Shown here piece after piece: positions 21,052-29,871 of a DNA stretch of 30,883 bases (positions are counted from its first letter, which is position 1; every line of letters starts with the position of its first letter). The DNA is from Chloroflexota bacterium (lineage in GTDB: Bacteria > Chloroflexota > Limnocylindria > QHBO01). Below the pieces are notes generated by a model. The model was not told the origin of the DNA, ran no database searches, and was given only the letters and a program-made list of their open reading frames with translations. Where the stretch lies: the NCBI GenBank assembly GCA_040006555.1, contig JBDTWT010000001.1, positions 1-30,883 of the forward strand, given 5' to 3'. Made by a program: the position numbers and the translations under genes.

Positions 21052-21723
21052 CTAGGAGGGAGAGGTGGCGGGCTCCTTGAGCGGCCTCTGCGCGGGCGGG
21101 AGCAGCGCGGCGATCTCGTCCGTGATCCGCTGCGTGCCAGCGGCGAGCGCCGTGCGGTCGATCCGGCCGCTGGGCTGGTGCGGAAGGAGGAACGGGCGGC
21201 CGATGCGGAACGTCACGCGCGTCCGGTGCGGGAGCTTAGAGTGGCCCGGGAACATCCGGTGCGTGCCGGCGATGCCGACGGGGATGATCGGCGCTCCGGA
21301 TCGAATGGCCAGCAGCGCCGCCCCCGGGCGGACCTCGCGCATGCGCCCGTCCCGCGAGCGAGTGCCCTCCGGGAAGATCCCCATCGGCTTCCCCCTGGCG
21401 AGCAGGTCGAGCGCGGTGCGCTGCGACGCGCGGTCACCCTCGCCGCGGCGCACGAAGAAGACCCCGGAGCGGTCGGCGAGCCAGCCGATGACGGGCCAGC
21501 GCTGCATCTCCTCCTTGGCCATGAAGTGGACGACGCGGCCGATCTGGTACCCGGTCGCCCAGCCGAGCAGCGGCGGATCCGCCTGCGAGCAGTGATTTGC
21601 GACCAGGATGAAGGCGCCCTCCTGCGGGAGATGCTCGACGCCCTCGATACGGGCGCCGCCGATGAGCGACATGAACCAGCCGGCGATGCGGCAGCCCGGG
21701 TGGTAGACCCATTCGCCCTTCAT
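21052..21723 (-). CDS. plsC: 1-acyl-sn-glycerol-3-phosphate acyltransferase
   Basis: NHCSQAD (HxxxxD), FMAKEE, FPEGTRS; located between cmk and ispH. Confidence 0.9.
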   Translation of the reverse strand: MKGEWVYHPGCRIAGWFMSLIGGARIEGVEHLPQEGAFILVANHCSQADPPLLGWATGYQIGRVVHFMAKEEMQRWPVIGWLADRSGVFFVRRGEGDRASQRTALDLLARGKPMGIFPEGTRSRDGRMREVRPGAALLAIRSGAPIIPVGIAGTHRMFPGHSKLPHRTRVTFRIGRPFLLPHQPSGRIDRTALAAGTQRITDEIAALLPPAQRPLKEPATSPS

Positions 21724-22397
21724 GAGCGGGCGGACGCCGATAGGCGGTCCACGATGGCGGCCACGGACGCGTCCACGTCGAGCTCACCGGTGTCGATGAC
21801 CATGGCGTCATCCGGCACACGAAGCGGTGCCAGGGCACGGCCCGCGTCGAGCTCGTCGCGGCGCTGGATCTCGGCGAGGTACTCGGCGGCTCGGCTCGGC
21901 TCCCCCATCTCCGCCGCGCGTCGCGCGGCGCGGACCTCGGGATCCGCGGTGAGGTACACCTTGAGCGTTGCGTCGGGCAGGACCACGGTGCCGATGTCGC
22001 GGCCGACCATGACCGTGGACCCGCGTCGCGCGGCGGCCCGCTGCAGTCCGAGCATGGCGTCGCGCACCTCCGCGTGCCGGCTCACCGCGCTCACCAGCCG
22101 ATCGATGCGCGGCTCGCGGACCTCGGTGGTGACGTCCCGACCGTCGAGGAGCACCGTCTCCAGTCGGTCGGTCTGCTCCGGACGCGGCCGCTCCACGTCG
22201 ATGCGCCGCTCGGCGGCGAGCATCCCGAGCGCCATGCCGTCGTCGATGTCCACGCCCGACTCGACGGCCGCCAGGGTGAGCGCGCGGTACATGAGCCCGG
22301 TGTCCACGAAGTTCGCCCCGATCGCGGTGGCGAGCGCGTGCCCGACGGTGCTCTTGCCGGCGCCCGATGGCCCGTCGATCGCCACGGTCACCGTCAT
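21720..22397 (-). CDS. cmk: Cytidylate kinase
   Basis: AIDGPSGAGKST, DTGLMYRA, VMVGRDIGTVVLPDA, RRDELD; ATG 22397 in ATGA overlap with rluB. Confidence 0.95.
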   Translation of the reverse strand: MTVTVAIDGPSGAGKSTVGHALATAIGANFVDTGLMYRALTLAAVESGVDIDDGMALGMLAAERRIDVERPRPEQTDRLETVLLDGRDVTTEVREPRIDRLVSAVSRHAEVRDAMLGLQRAAARRGSTVMVGRDIGTVVLPDATLKVYLTADPEVRAARRAAEMGEPSRAAEYLAEIQRRDELDAGRALAPLRVPDDAMVIDTGELDVDASVAAIVDRLSASARS

Positions 22398-23143
22398 GCG
22401 CGCATCTCGTTCCGGCCCAGCGCGGCGACCTCCGATGGCCGGAGCGGGCGCCACCGGCCCTCCCGCAGCCCCGTGAGGGCGAGCGCGCCGATCCGGGTCC
22501 GCACCAGCCGCTCCACGTCGAGGCCGACCGCCGCGAACAGGCGGCGCACCTCGCGCTTGCGCCCCTCGCCGACTCGAACTCTGAGCCACGCGCCGTTCTC
22601 CGCCCGGTGGCGCTCGACCTCCGGCGGTGGCTGCTCGAAGCGCGCCGCGAGGAGCCGCCCGCTGCCGTCCTCGAGCTCGACGCCGGCCCGCAGGCGCTGG
22701 AGGTCGCCTCGGCCCGGCGGCGGCGAGACGAGCGCCGCGTATTCGCGCACCGTCCCGTACCTCGGATGGAGGACGCGGTTCGCCCAATCCCCGTCGTTCG
22801 TGAGGAGCATCAGGCCCTCCGACTCGACGTCCAGCCGGCCGGCCGGCCACAGGCGCTCGCCCCCGGCGTCCACCAGGCCGACCACCGACCGGCGACCACG
22901 CTCGTCGTGCGCGGAGCTCAGGAAGCCGCGCGGCTTGTAAACCGCGAGGTAGCGAGGAGCCGATGCGGCCGCGAGTGGCCGTCCGTCGACCTCGATCCGG
23001 TCGCGAGCCGGGTCCGCCGAGTCGCCGACCGAGGCCACGCTGCCATTCACCGTCACGCGACCGGCCGCCACGAGCTCCTCGGCGCGGCGCCGGGAAGCGA
23101 GGCCCGCGCGGGCGATCAGCTTCTGGAGCCGCTCACCCGCCAT
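22394..23143 (-). CDS. rluB: 23S rRNA pseudouridine synthase (RluB/RsuA family) with S4 domain
   Basis: ERLQKLIARAGLASRRRAEE S4 domain, YKPRG, GRLD catalytic motif, EGRKREVRR. Confidence 0.9.
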   Translation of the reverse strand: MAGERLQKLIARAGLASRRRAEELVAAGRVTVNGSVASVGDSADPARDRIEVDGRPLAAASAPRYLAVYKPRGFLSSAHDERGRRSVVGLVDAGGERLWPAGRLDVESEGLMLLTNDGDWANRVLHPRYGTVREYAALVSPPPGRGDLQRLRAGVELEDGSGRLLAARFEQPPPEVERHRAENGAWLRVRVGEGRKREVRRLFAAVGLDVERLVRTRIGALALTGLREGRWRPLRPSEVAALGRNEMRA

Positions 23144-23702
23144 CGGCCGGCTCGTGAGCGCCGCTGGCCGCCAGCTGCGCCGCGCCGCTCGAGAGTGGCG
23201 GCAGCTCGTCGAGCGAGGCGAGGCCGAAGCGCTCGAGGAACTCGAAGGTGGTGCCGAAGACCGCCGGCCGCCCCGGCGTGTCGCGCCGCCCGACCTCGGC
23301 GATGAGGCGGCGGTGGAGGAGCGAACGGATCACGTAGTCCGAGTCCACGCCGCGGACGCGCTCGACGTCGCCGCGGGTGCAGGGCTGCCGGTAGGCGACG
23401 ACGGCGAGTGCCTCGAGCGCGACGGGCGAGAGCCGGGCCTCCTCGCGCGACGCGTACGCGGCGAGCCGCGCGCCGGCCTCCGGTGCGGTGACCAGCTGCC
23501 AGGCGTCCTCGTTGCGCTGCAGCCGGATCCCGCGTTGGTCATCGTCGAGGCGCTCGACGAGCGACGCGAGCGCCGCCTCCGCGTGCAGCCGGGGAACCGA
23601 TGCGAGATCGCCGAGCTCGGCGGTCGTCAGCGGGCGCTCCGCGATGAAGAGGAGTGCCTCGTAGAAGGTGCCGAGGTCGTCCGGAGGGCCCTCTCCGTTC
23701 AT
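23133..23702 (-). CDS. scpB: SMC-Scp complex subunit ScpB
   Basis: EALLF, LSPVALEALAVVAYRQPCTR, RGVDS, GRPAVFGTT..FLERFGL; ATG 23702. Confidence 0.93.
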   Translation of the reverse strand: MNGEGPPDDLGTFYEALLFIAERPLTTAELGDLASVPRLHAEAALASLVERLDDDQRGIRLQRNEDAWQLVTAPEAGARLAAYASREEARLSPVALEALAVVAYRQPCTRGDVERVRGVDSDYVIRSLLHRRLIAEVGRRDTPGRPAVFGTTFEFLERFGLASLDELPPLSSGAAQLAASGAHEPADGG

Positions 23703-24487
23703 CCGGCACCCTCCGGCAGCGCCTCGATGACGATCGGCCCGAACGGATCGCCCTGCTCGGCGATCGCCTGCCGCCTGCGCACGAGCTCGAGGGTGGCGAG
23801 GAACATGACCGCGGCCTCGGTCCGCGACCGGCACCGCGCGAGGATGGTCTGCAGCACGACGCGCCCGCCGCCGGAGAGCGCCTCGAGCAGGACGACGATC
23901 TGCTGCCCGATGGTGACCTCGCGTGGGACGACCTCCGCCGGAAGCGCTTCAGGCTCCGGGATGGAAGCAAGACGATCGAGGGCGGTCGCGAGGAGCGTGG
24001 CGGGCATCGGCTCGACCGGCGCCTCGGGCAGGTCGCTCTCGCGCGGCTCCCGGTGGACGAGCGGAGCGATGCCGTCGCGCGCGCCGAGCGCCACGGCCGC
24101 GTCACGCAGCGCGCGGTACTCGAGGATCCGACGCCGCAGCTCCTCCTCGTCGGGCTCGTCGCTCGCGTCCGGGACGGGGGGCATCGGCTCGGCGGGCAGC
24201 ATCCGGCGCGACTTGAGGAGGATGAGGTGGGCCGCGATCGACACGAACTCGGACAGACTGACCGGGTCGACCGGATGGCGTGCCAGGTGCGCCACGTACG
24301 CGTCGGCGACCTCGGCGAGCGGGACGCTGAGCACGTCGAGCTCGCGCGACTCGATGAGGTGCAGCAGGAGCTGGAGCGGTCCCTCGAAGACGGGCAGCGC
24401 CACGGTGAACTCCGGGTCGCCGATGGCGACCGGCACGAGAGCGTCTGGAACGATCGCGACCGGCTGCATCAGCTCGGGATGCGTCAT
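23699..24487 (-). CDS. scpA: Segregation and condensation protein ScpA
   Basis: FEGPLQLLLHLI, YVAHL, AHLILLKSRRML, FLATLELVRR; adjacent to scpB. Confidence 0.92.
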   Translation of the reverse strand: MTHPELMQPVAIVPDALVPVAIGDPEFTVALPVFEGPLQLLLHLIESRELDVLSVPLAEVADAYVAHLARHPVDPVSLSEFVSIAAHLILLKSRRMLPAEPMPPVPDASDEPDEEELRRRILEYRALRDAAVALGARDGIAPLVHREPRESDLPEAPVEPMPATLLATALDRLASIPEPEALPAEVVPREVTIGQQIVVLLEALSGGGRVVLQTILARCRSRTEAAVMFLATLELVRRRQAIAEQGDPFGPIVIEALPEGAG

Positions 24488-24962
24488 CGGCCGCCCTCAG
24501 CGCCCGAAGAAGCTGCGCCTCGGGCTCGCCGCCGGGCGCCCCGCGGATGAGCCGGGCCGTCGCGGGCGTGCAGCCCGCGCGCTCGGCGAGCTCCGCGGAC
24601 ATCGGCCCATGGTGGGGGTAGAGCCAGAACGGATGGCGCCACGAGGCCGGGTCCGGGTCCGCCAGCCGACGCAGGAGCCTCGGCGCGAGCGCCTCGAGCA
24701 GGACGCCCGCGACGCGGTGCCAGAGGCGCATGCGCGGCCCCTTGGCGGCGTCGTGGAGGAGCGCGGCGGCGAGCAGGTCGGGGGAGTCGTGGCCCTCGCT
24801 CACCAGGCGGCCCGCCACGTCGAGCGCATGCCGCCGGTCGGCGATGGGCATTCCCGCGAAGACGGACCAGGCGCGCCCGGGGAGCGTCCGTCGGGCGAAG
24901 GCCTCCTCCTCCGGCGCCACGCCGGCGCGGACGTGGGCGACGAACTGCCCGACCCTACGCAC
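24102..24962 (-). CDS. HD-domain protein (natural domain ends near 24474; ORF runs on into scpA)
   Basis: DRRHALDV, AALLHDAAK, HHGPMSAE, ALRAADDAS. GTG start overlaps the upstream TAG. Residues after ADDAS are low-complexity off-frame translation of scpA. Confidence 0.75.
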   Translation of the reverse strand: MRRVGQFVAHVRAGVAPEEEAFARRTLPGRAWSVFAGMPIADRRHALDVAGRLVSEGHDSPDLLAAALLHDAAKGPRMRLWHRVAGVLLEALAPRLLRRLADPDPASWRHPFWLYPHHGPMSAELAERAGCTPATARLIRGAPGGEPEAQLLRALRAADDASRADAAGRDRSRRSRAGRHRRPGVHRGAARLRGTAPAPAAPHRVARARRAQRPARRGRRRVRGAPGTPSGRPGQSVRVRVDRGPPHPPQVAPDAARRADAPRPGRERRARRGGAAASDPRVPRAA

Positions 24963-25569
24963 CGACGAGCGCTCGGGTGACCGGTGAGGCGAGGCCCAGC
25001 AGGAGCTGGAGCGGGCTGTTCGGCAGCAGGATCAGCAGCAGCAGCACGATGATCCCGTACGGCGCGTAGCGCTGGACGGCGAACGCGCTGCGCGGCGGCA
25101 GAAAGGCGAGGAGGGCGTTGTACCCGTCGAGCGGCGGGATCGGGATGAGGTTGAAGATCGCGAGCAGGACGTTGTAGTAGGCGATCCACACGGAGATCTC
25201 GCGGGCGAGGCCCTCGACGCCCGCGATGTCGAGGATTCGGGCACCGATCGCCGCGGCCAGGGCAACGAGCAGGTTCGCGACCGGCCCGCCGGCGGCCACC
25301 ATCGCCATGCCGATGCGGCCCGGGCGCAGCGCGTACACGTTCACCATCACGGGGCGCCCCCAGCCGAACCCGGCGACGAGGAACACGAGCGCCCCGATTG
25401 GGTCGATGTGGGCGGCCGGGTTGAGGCTCACGCGGCCCATCGCTCGCGGCCGATGATCCCCGAGCGCGTCCGCGATCAGGGCATGGCTGAACTCGTGGAA
25501 CGTGATGCCGATCACGAGCGCCACCACGATCCCGGCGATCTGCGCGGCGGTGAAGTCGAAGAAGAGCAT
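24955..25569 (-). CDS. Site-2 protease family (M50, YwhC-like) membrane metalloprotease
   Basis: FHEFSH (HExxH), LNPAAHIDP, GWGRPV, AGGPVAN, FNLIPIPPLDG. Confidence 0.9.
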   Translation of the reverse strand: MLFFDFTAAQIAGIVVALVIGITFHEFSHALIADALGDHRPRAMGRVSLNPAAHIDPIGALVFLVAGFGWGRPVMVNVYALRPGRIGMAMVAAGGPVANLLVALAAAIGARILDIAGVEGLAREISVWIAYYNVLLAIFNLIPIPPLDGYNALLAFLPPRSAFAVQRYAPYGIIVLLLLILLPNSPLQLLLGLASPVTRALVGA

Positions 25570-25578
25570 GGTCGGCGG

Positions 25579-26466
25579 TCAGGCGAGGCGCGGGAGGAGG
25601 TCACCCAGGAGCCGAACAAGGCGCTCGGCGCCGATGCGGCCGACCTCGATGACCTCGTCGTGTGTCGCGCCGGCCTCGACGTCATCGGTCGCCTTGTTCG
25701 TGATCAGGCTGAAGCCGAGCACTCGCACGCCCGCGTGGCGCGCGACGATCGTCTCGTGCGCCGTCGACATCCCCACGGCGTCAGCGCCGAGCCCGCGGAG
25801 CATCCGCATCTCCGCGCGCGTCTCGTAGGACGGCCCCGCGAGCATGACGTACACGCCCTCCCGCAGCTCCACGCCGGTGCGCTCCGCCGCCTCGCGTGCG
25901 GCCGCGCGCAGCTCGGGGTCGTACGCGTCGGTCATCGGCGGGAAGCGGGGACCGAAGCGGTCGAGGTTGGGCCCGCGCAGCGGGTTGTCCCCGGAGAGGT
26001 TCAGGTGGTCGCTGATGAGCATCACGTCACCGGGCTCGAACGCCGGGTCCAGGCCGCCGGCCGCGTTCGTGAGGATCAGCAGCTCCGGGTCGAGGGCGAG
26101 GACGGCACGCAGGAGCAGCGTCGACTCTGCGTGCGAGTGGCCCTCGTACGGGTGGGCGCGCCCGGAGAGCAGGATGGCGGGGACGCCGCCGACGGCCCCC
26201 GCCACGAGCTCGCCGGCGTGGCCCTCGACCGCGGAGCGCGGCACATGTGGAAGCTCACCGTACGGAACATGGAGGCGTGGCTCGGGGTCAAGGAGCTCGG
26301 TCACCCCTCCAAGGCCGGACCCCAGGACGGCGACGATGCGCGGCGAGCCGAGCGCGGGCCGCGTCGCGAGACGCTCGCGGATGGATTCGGTGGCCTCCTG
26401 GATGCGCTGGTCGAGCTTCGGTCCGGTCACGCCGTCGGAGCCTGCTCCGAGCGGTGCATCGGTCAC
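25579..26466 (-). CDS. punA: Purine-nucleoside phosphorylase (trimeric family)
   Basis: VLGSGLG, GRAHPYEG, TNAAGGL, DHLNL, GPSYETRAE, GADAVGMST, SLITNKA. Confidence 0.93.
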   Translation of the reverse strand: MTDAPLGAGSDGVTGPKLDQRIQEATESIRERLATRPALGSPRIVAVLGSGLGGVTELLDPEPRLHVPYGELPHVPRSAVEGHAGELVAGAVGGVPAILLSGRAHPYEGHSHAESTLLLRAVLALDPELLILTNAAGGLDPAFEPGDVMLISDHLNLSGDNPLRGPNLDRFGPRFPPMTDAYDPELRAAAREAAERTGVELREGVYVMLAGPSYETRAEMRMLRGLGADAVGMSTAHETIVARHAGVRVLGFSLITNKATDDVEAGATHDEVIEVGRIGAERLVRLLGDLLPRLA

Positions 26467-27282
26467 CTACATCCGCTCCAGGAGCTCGCGCTTCTTCGCC
26501 TCGTACTCCTCGGGGGTGATGAGCCCGCGATCTCGCAGCGCGGCCAGGCGCTCGAGGGTCTCACCCAGCTGATCGGCCGATCCCGCCTCCTCCGCGGCCT
26601 CCGGCTGCGGCGGTGGGGGTGCCACGACCGCACCGGCTTCCGGCGCGTCCTCCGGATGGAGCGCCACCCGATCCGATCCGGCCCGGGGCGGCATCGCCTC
26701 GGCTCGCTGCATGTCCGGCGGCTGCCCCTGGCGCTGGTAGCGCGGCCGAGCGAGGTCCGGACGCTCCAGCATCTCCTTCTGGTCGAGCATCGACTTCTTG
26801 AAGGCGACGGGGTTGGCGATCATCGGGAAGTCGGCGATGCTCGCTCCGCCCACCTCCTCTGCCGCCGTGAGGATGTCGAGCGTCCCGTAGCCGAAGATGC
26901 GGCCGAACAGGCTCTGCTCGAGCCGCGCGTCGTTGATCTTCTCGAGGCCCGAGTCGGACATCGACTTGTTGAGCACGCCCTCGGCGCGAATCACGCGTCG
27001 GGTGGTGATCAGCCACTCCTGGTTGCGCCAGTCCCACAGGACGTACGCCACCAGGACGAATGCCAGGAGCAGGGCGACGATCGCGACGATCGTGATGATC
27101 TGGTCGAACTCCGCGCTGCCGAGGATCGGCTGGTCGCCGGAGACGAGGAAGATCACCACGGCGAGCGCGATGACCGCGATGAGGAGCCACAGCCAGGTGC
27201 GGGCGATGACCGCGAACCAGTGCTGCCGGCTCTCGTAGACCACCTCCTCGCCACGGCTGAGGAGATTGCGCGCGTAACTCAA
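26467..27282 (-). CDS. Membrane protein with bacterial PH (bPH_2) domain and C-terminal SHOCT domain
   Basis: Two TM helices, WLITTRRVIRAEGVL...KINDARLEQSLFGRIFGYGTL (bPH_2), Pro/Ala linker, LERLAALRDRGLITPEEYEAKKRELL (SHOCT); TTG start with GGAGG SD. Confidence 0.82.
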   Translation of the reverse strand: MSYARNLLSRGEEVVYESRQHWFAVIARTWLWLLIAVIALAVVIFLVSGDQPILGSAEFDQIITIVAIVALLLAFVLVAYVLWDWRNQEWLITTRRVIRAEGVLNKSMSDSGLEKINDARLEQSLFGRIFGYGTLDILTAAEEVGGASIADFPMIANPVAFKKSMLDQKEMLERPDLARPRYQRQGQPPDMQRAEAMPPRAGSDRVALHPEDAPEAGAVVAPPPPQPEAAEEAGSADQLGETLERLAALRDRGLITPEEYEAKKRELLERM

Positions 27283-27314
27283 TGGGCCTCCGTGCGCTGC
27301 TCTGCGAACTGCCT

Positions 27315-28205
27315 TCAGGCTCTCGGGTGCGCCTTCGCGTACACCTCGCGGACGCGTTCGCCGGTCAGGTGCGTGTAGAGCTGGGTCGTGCTGATGCTAG
27401 CATGGCCGAGGAGCGACTGGACCACCCGCAGATCGGCTCCGCCCTCGAGCAGATGCGTCGCAAAGCTGTGCCTGAACGTGTGCGGCGAGACGCGCTCCGT
27501 CACCCCGGCCGCCGCCGTCCAACGTTTCACCAGCGCCCAGACCGATTCGCGCGACAGTCGCCTGCCTCGCCGCCCGACGAAGACCGCTGGCGTCGGCCGT
27601 CCGGCCGTCCACTCCGCCCGTGGTCCGGACAGATACCGATGCAGCCGCTCCCGTGCCTCATCCCCCATCGGCACCCGCCGCTCCTTGTTTCCCTTGCCGA
27701 TCACCCGCAGCTGCTGGGCACCCAGGTCGACCCGATCCGTGTCCAGGCCGACGAGCTCGCTCACGCGGAGCCCGCACGCGTAGAGGACCTCCAGGATCGC
27801 GCGGTCCCGGATGCCGATGAGGTCATCCTGGGGCGGCGCGTCGAGGATCGCCACGACCTGGTCGGGAGCCAGGACGTCGGGGAGGTAGCTCCCCGGGCGC
27901 GGCGCGTCGACGAGGGCGGGCACGTCGCGGCTGGCATGGCCCTCGCGCAGCGCGAAGGCGTAGAAGCTGCGGACCGCGGCCGACTTGCGAGCCTGGGTGC
28001 TCCGGCGCGAGGCACGTCGCTGGAGCGCCGCGACGAAGTCGATGAGGGGGCCGGGGTCGTTCGTCCACCGGGTGCCGGCGTGCTCCGCGAACTGACCGAG
28101 ATCGCGACGGTACGCCTCGATCGTGAGGGGCGAGAGGCCGCGCTCCACGCGGAGCTCGAGGAGGAACGCGTCCACCGCGTCGGTGAGGCGAGGATCGGCG
28201 CTCAC
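27315..28205 (-). CDS. xerD: Tyrosine recombinase XerD
   Basis: RDRAILEVLYACGLRVSEL, GKGNKERRVP, HTFRHSFATHLLEGGADLR, LLGHASISTTQLY; full R-K-H-R-H-Y set in housekeeping context. Confidence 0.92.
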   Translation of the reverse strand: MSADPRLTDAVDAFLLELRVERGLSPLTIEAYRRDLGQFAEHAGTRWTNDPGPLIDFVAALQRRASRRSTQARKSAAVRSFYAFALREGHASRDVPALVDAPRPGSYLPDVLAPDQVVAILDAPPQDDLIGIRDRAILEVLYACGLRVSELVGLDTDRVDLGAQQLRVIGKGNKERRVPMGDEARERLHRYLSGPRAEWTAGRPTPAVFVGRRGRRLSRESVWALVKRWTAAAGVTERVSPHTFRHSFATHLLEGGADLRVVQSLLGHASISTTQLYTHLTGERVREVYAKAHPRA

Positions 28206-29857
28206 GTGGCCGCGCGCAGCAGCGCCTCCGCCGCGGCCAACGCCTCGGTGCCGGCCCCCTCGCCGGCGAGCATTGCCGCGAGCTCGGCGGTTCGCTCCTC
28301 CGGCGTGAGCTCCGTCGCTTCGGTCACGGTTCGTCCAGCGCTCACGCGCTTCCCGACCCGGACGTGCGCGTCCGCGTGCGCCGCCACCTGTGCGAGGTGG
28401 GTCACGCAGAGCACCTGGTGGTAGCGGCTCAGGGCGCGCAGGCGCTCCCCCAGCGCGGCCGCATTGCGTCCGCCGACGCCGGCATCCACCTCGTCGAACA
28501 CGAGCAGCGGCGTCTCGTCCGCCGCCGCGAGCACGACCTTGATGGCCAGCGACAGCCGGCTCGCCTCTCCACCCGACGCGATGCGTCCGAGCGGTCGCGC
28601 GGGCTCGCCGGGGTTGGGGGCGAACGTGAAGGTGATCCGATCCGCGCCGTGCGCGCCGACCTCGACCGGCTCGATATCGATGCCGAACGACCCCGACGGG
28701 AGCCCGAGCGCCGCGAGCTCTCCGTTCACGGCCGCCGCGAGCCGCTCGGCGGCGCCGTGCCGTGCTGTCGAGAGCGCGGCCGCGGCCTCGTCGAGCGCCG
28801 TGCGACGCTCCGCCTCATCGGCCCGGAGGCGCTCCCGCTCGCCCTCCTGGTCCTCCAGGCGAGCCAGCTCGGTCGACGCGGCCTCTCCGAATGCCACCAC
28901 CGCCTCCAGCGAGTCGCCGTACTTGCGTCGCAGGTCGTAGAGGAGCGCCAGCCGCTCCTCGGCCGCGGCGCGCGTGCCGGGGTCGAGGTCGATCCCCTCG
29001 CCGGCTGCGGCCGCGTCGCGCGCGAGCTCAGCGGCCTCCGCGGAGAGCGCCGCGGCGCGGTCCGCCAGCGCGGCGAGCCGCTCGTCGTGCTGAGCGGCCG
29101 CCAGCAGGGCCCGCTCCGCCACGCTCAGGGCGTCCGTGGCGCCTGACTCGTCGCGGATCGCCCCGACGGCCTCGGCGGCGCTGCGGGCGATCGTCTCCGC
29201 GTGCTGGGCTGCCCGCAGCTGCACCTCGAGCTCGACGTCCTCTCCAGCCTTCGGCGCCGCTCCACCGATCTCGTCGACCTGGTGGCGCAGGAGCTCGCGG
29301 CGGCGCTCGAGCTCGTGCTCGTCGGTGAGCAGCTCGGCGGACGCCGCGACGGTCGAACGCCACGCCCGCTGCCGCTCGGCCACGTCTCCGGCCTGGCCCG
29401 CGAGGTCGCCGTACGCGTCCAGCAGCGCGAGCTGGCGCGCGGGCTCGAGGAGCCGCTGCTGCTCATGCTGGCCGTGGATCTCGCCGAGGCGAACCCCGAG
29501 GCCCGCCAGGCTCCCAACCGTGACCGCCCGGTCGTTCACCCGCGCCAGGGATCGTCCGTCGGCGCCGACCTCGCGCCGGACGATGGCCACGCCGTCGCCG
29601 TCGGCCAGCACCTCCGCCAGGGGGTCCTCCGCCAGCGGCGTCGGGGCGTCGAAGATCGCCTCCACGCGTGCCGCATCGGTCCCCGATCGGACCTGGTCGC
29701 CGCTCGCCCGTGCACCGAGCGCGAGCGCCACCGCGTCCACGACGAGCGATTTCCCCGCGCCGGTCTCGCCGGTGAGGACGGTGAAGCCCGGCGCCAGGCG
29801 CAGCCTGACCGACTCGACGACGGCGAGGTTCTCGACCGTCAGCTCGCGGAGTGCCAT
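28202..29857 (-). CDS. recN: DNA repair protein RecN
   Basis: TGETGAGKS, GEIHGQHEQQ, coiled coil, ASGGEASR, LVFDEVDAGVGG, VTHLAQVA; ATG 29857. Confidence 0.95.
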   Translation of the reverse strand: MALRELTVENLAVVESVRLRLAPGFTVLTGETGAGKSLVVDAVALALGARASGDQVRSGTDAARVEAIFDAPTPLAEDPLAEVLADGDGVAIVRREVGADGRSLARVNDRAVTVGSLAGLGVRLGEIHGQHEQQRLLEPARQLALLDAYGDLAGQAGDVAERQRAWRSTVAASAELLTDEHELERRRELLRHQVDEIGGAAPKAGEDVELEVQLRAAQHAETIARSAAEAVGAIRDESGATDALSVAERALLAAAQHDERLAALADRAAALSAEAAELARDAAAAGEGIDLDPGTRAAAEERLALLYDLRRKYGDSLEAVVAFGEAASTELARLEDQEGERERLRADEAERRTALDEAAAALSTARHGAAERLAAAVNGELAALGLPSGSFGIDIEPVEVGAHGADRITFTFAPNPGEPARPLGRIASGGEASRLSLAIKVVLAAADETPLLVFDEVDAGVGGRNAAALGERLRALSRYHQVLCVTHLAQVAAHADAHVRVGKRVSAGRTVTEATELTPEERTAELAAMLAGEGAGTEALAAAEALLRAAT

Positions 29858-29871
29858 CGGTCTCTCATCGG

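Noticed and set aside
16105-24476. CGA reassigned as a stop codon (two CGA codons at expected stop positions)
   Set aside because: CGA occurs in-frame inside intact conserved genes in this window (e.g. twice in csp), so it encodes Arg. Point mutation or sequencing error is the simpler explanation.
27315-28205. Tyrosine recombinase as a mobile-element integrase
   Set aside because: Size, motifs and nadK-recN-xerD-punA context indicate housekeeping XerD, and it lies 10 kb from the tRNA.
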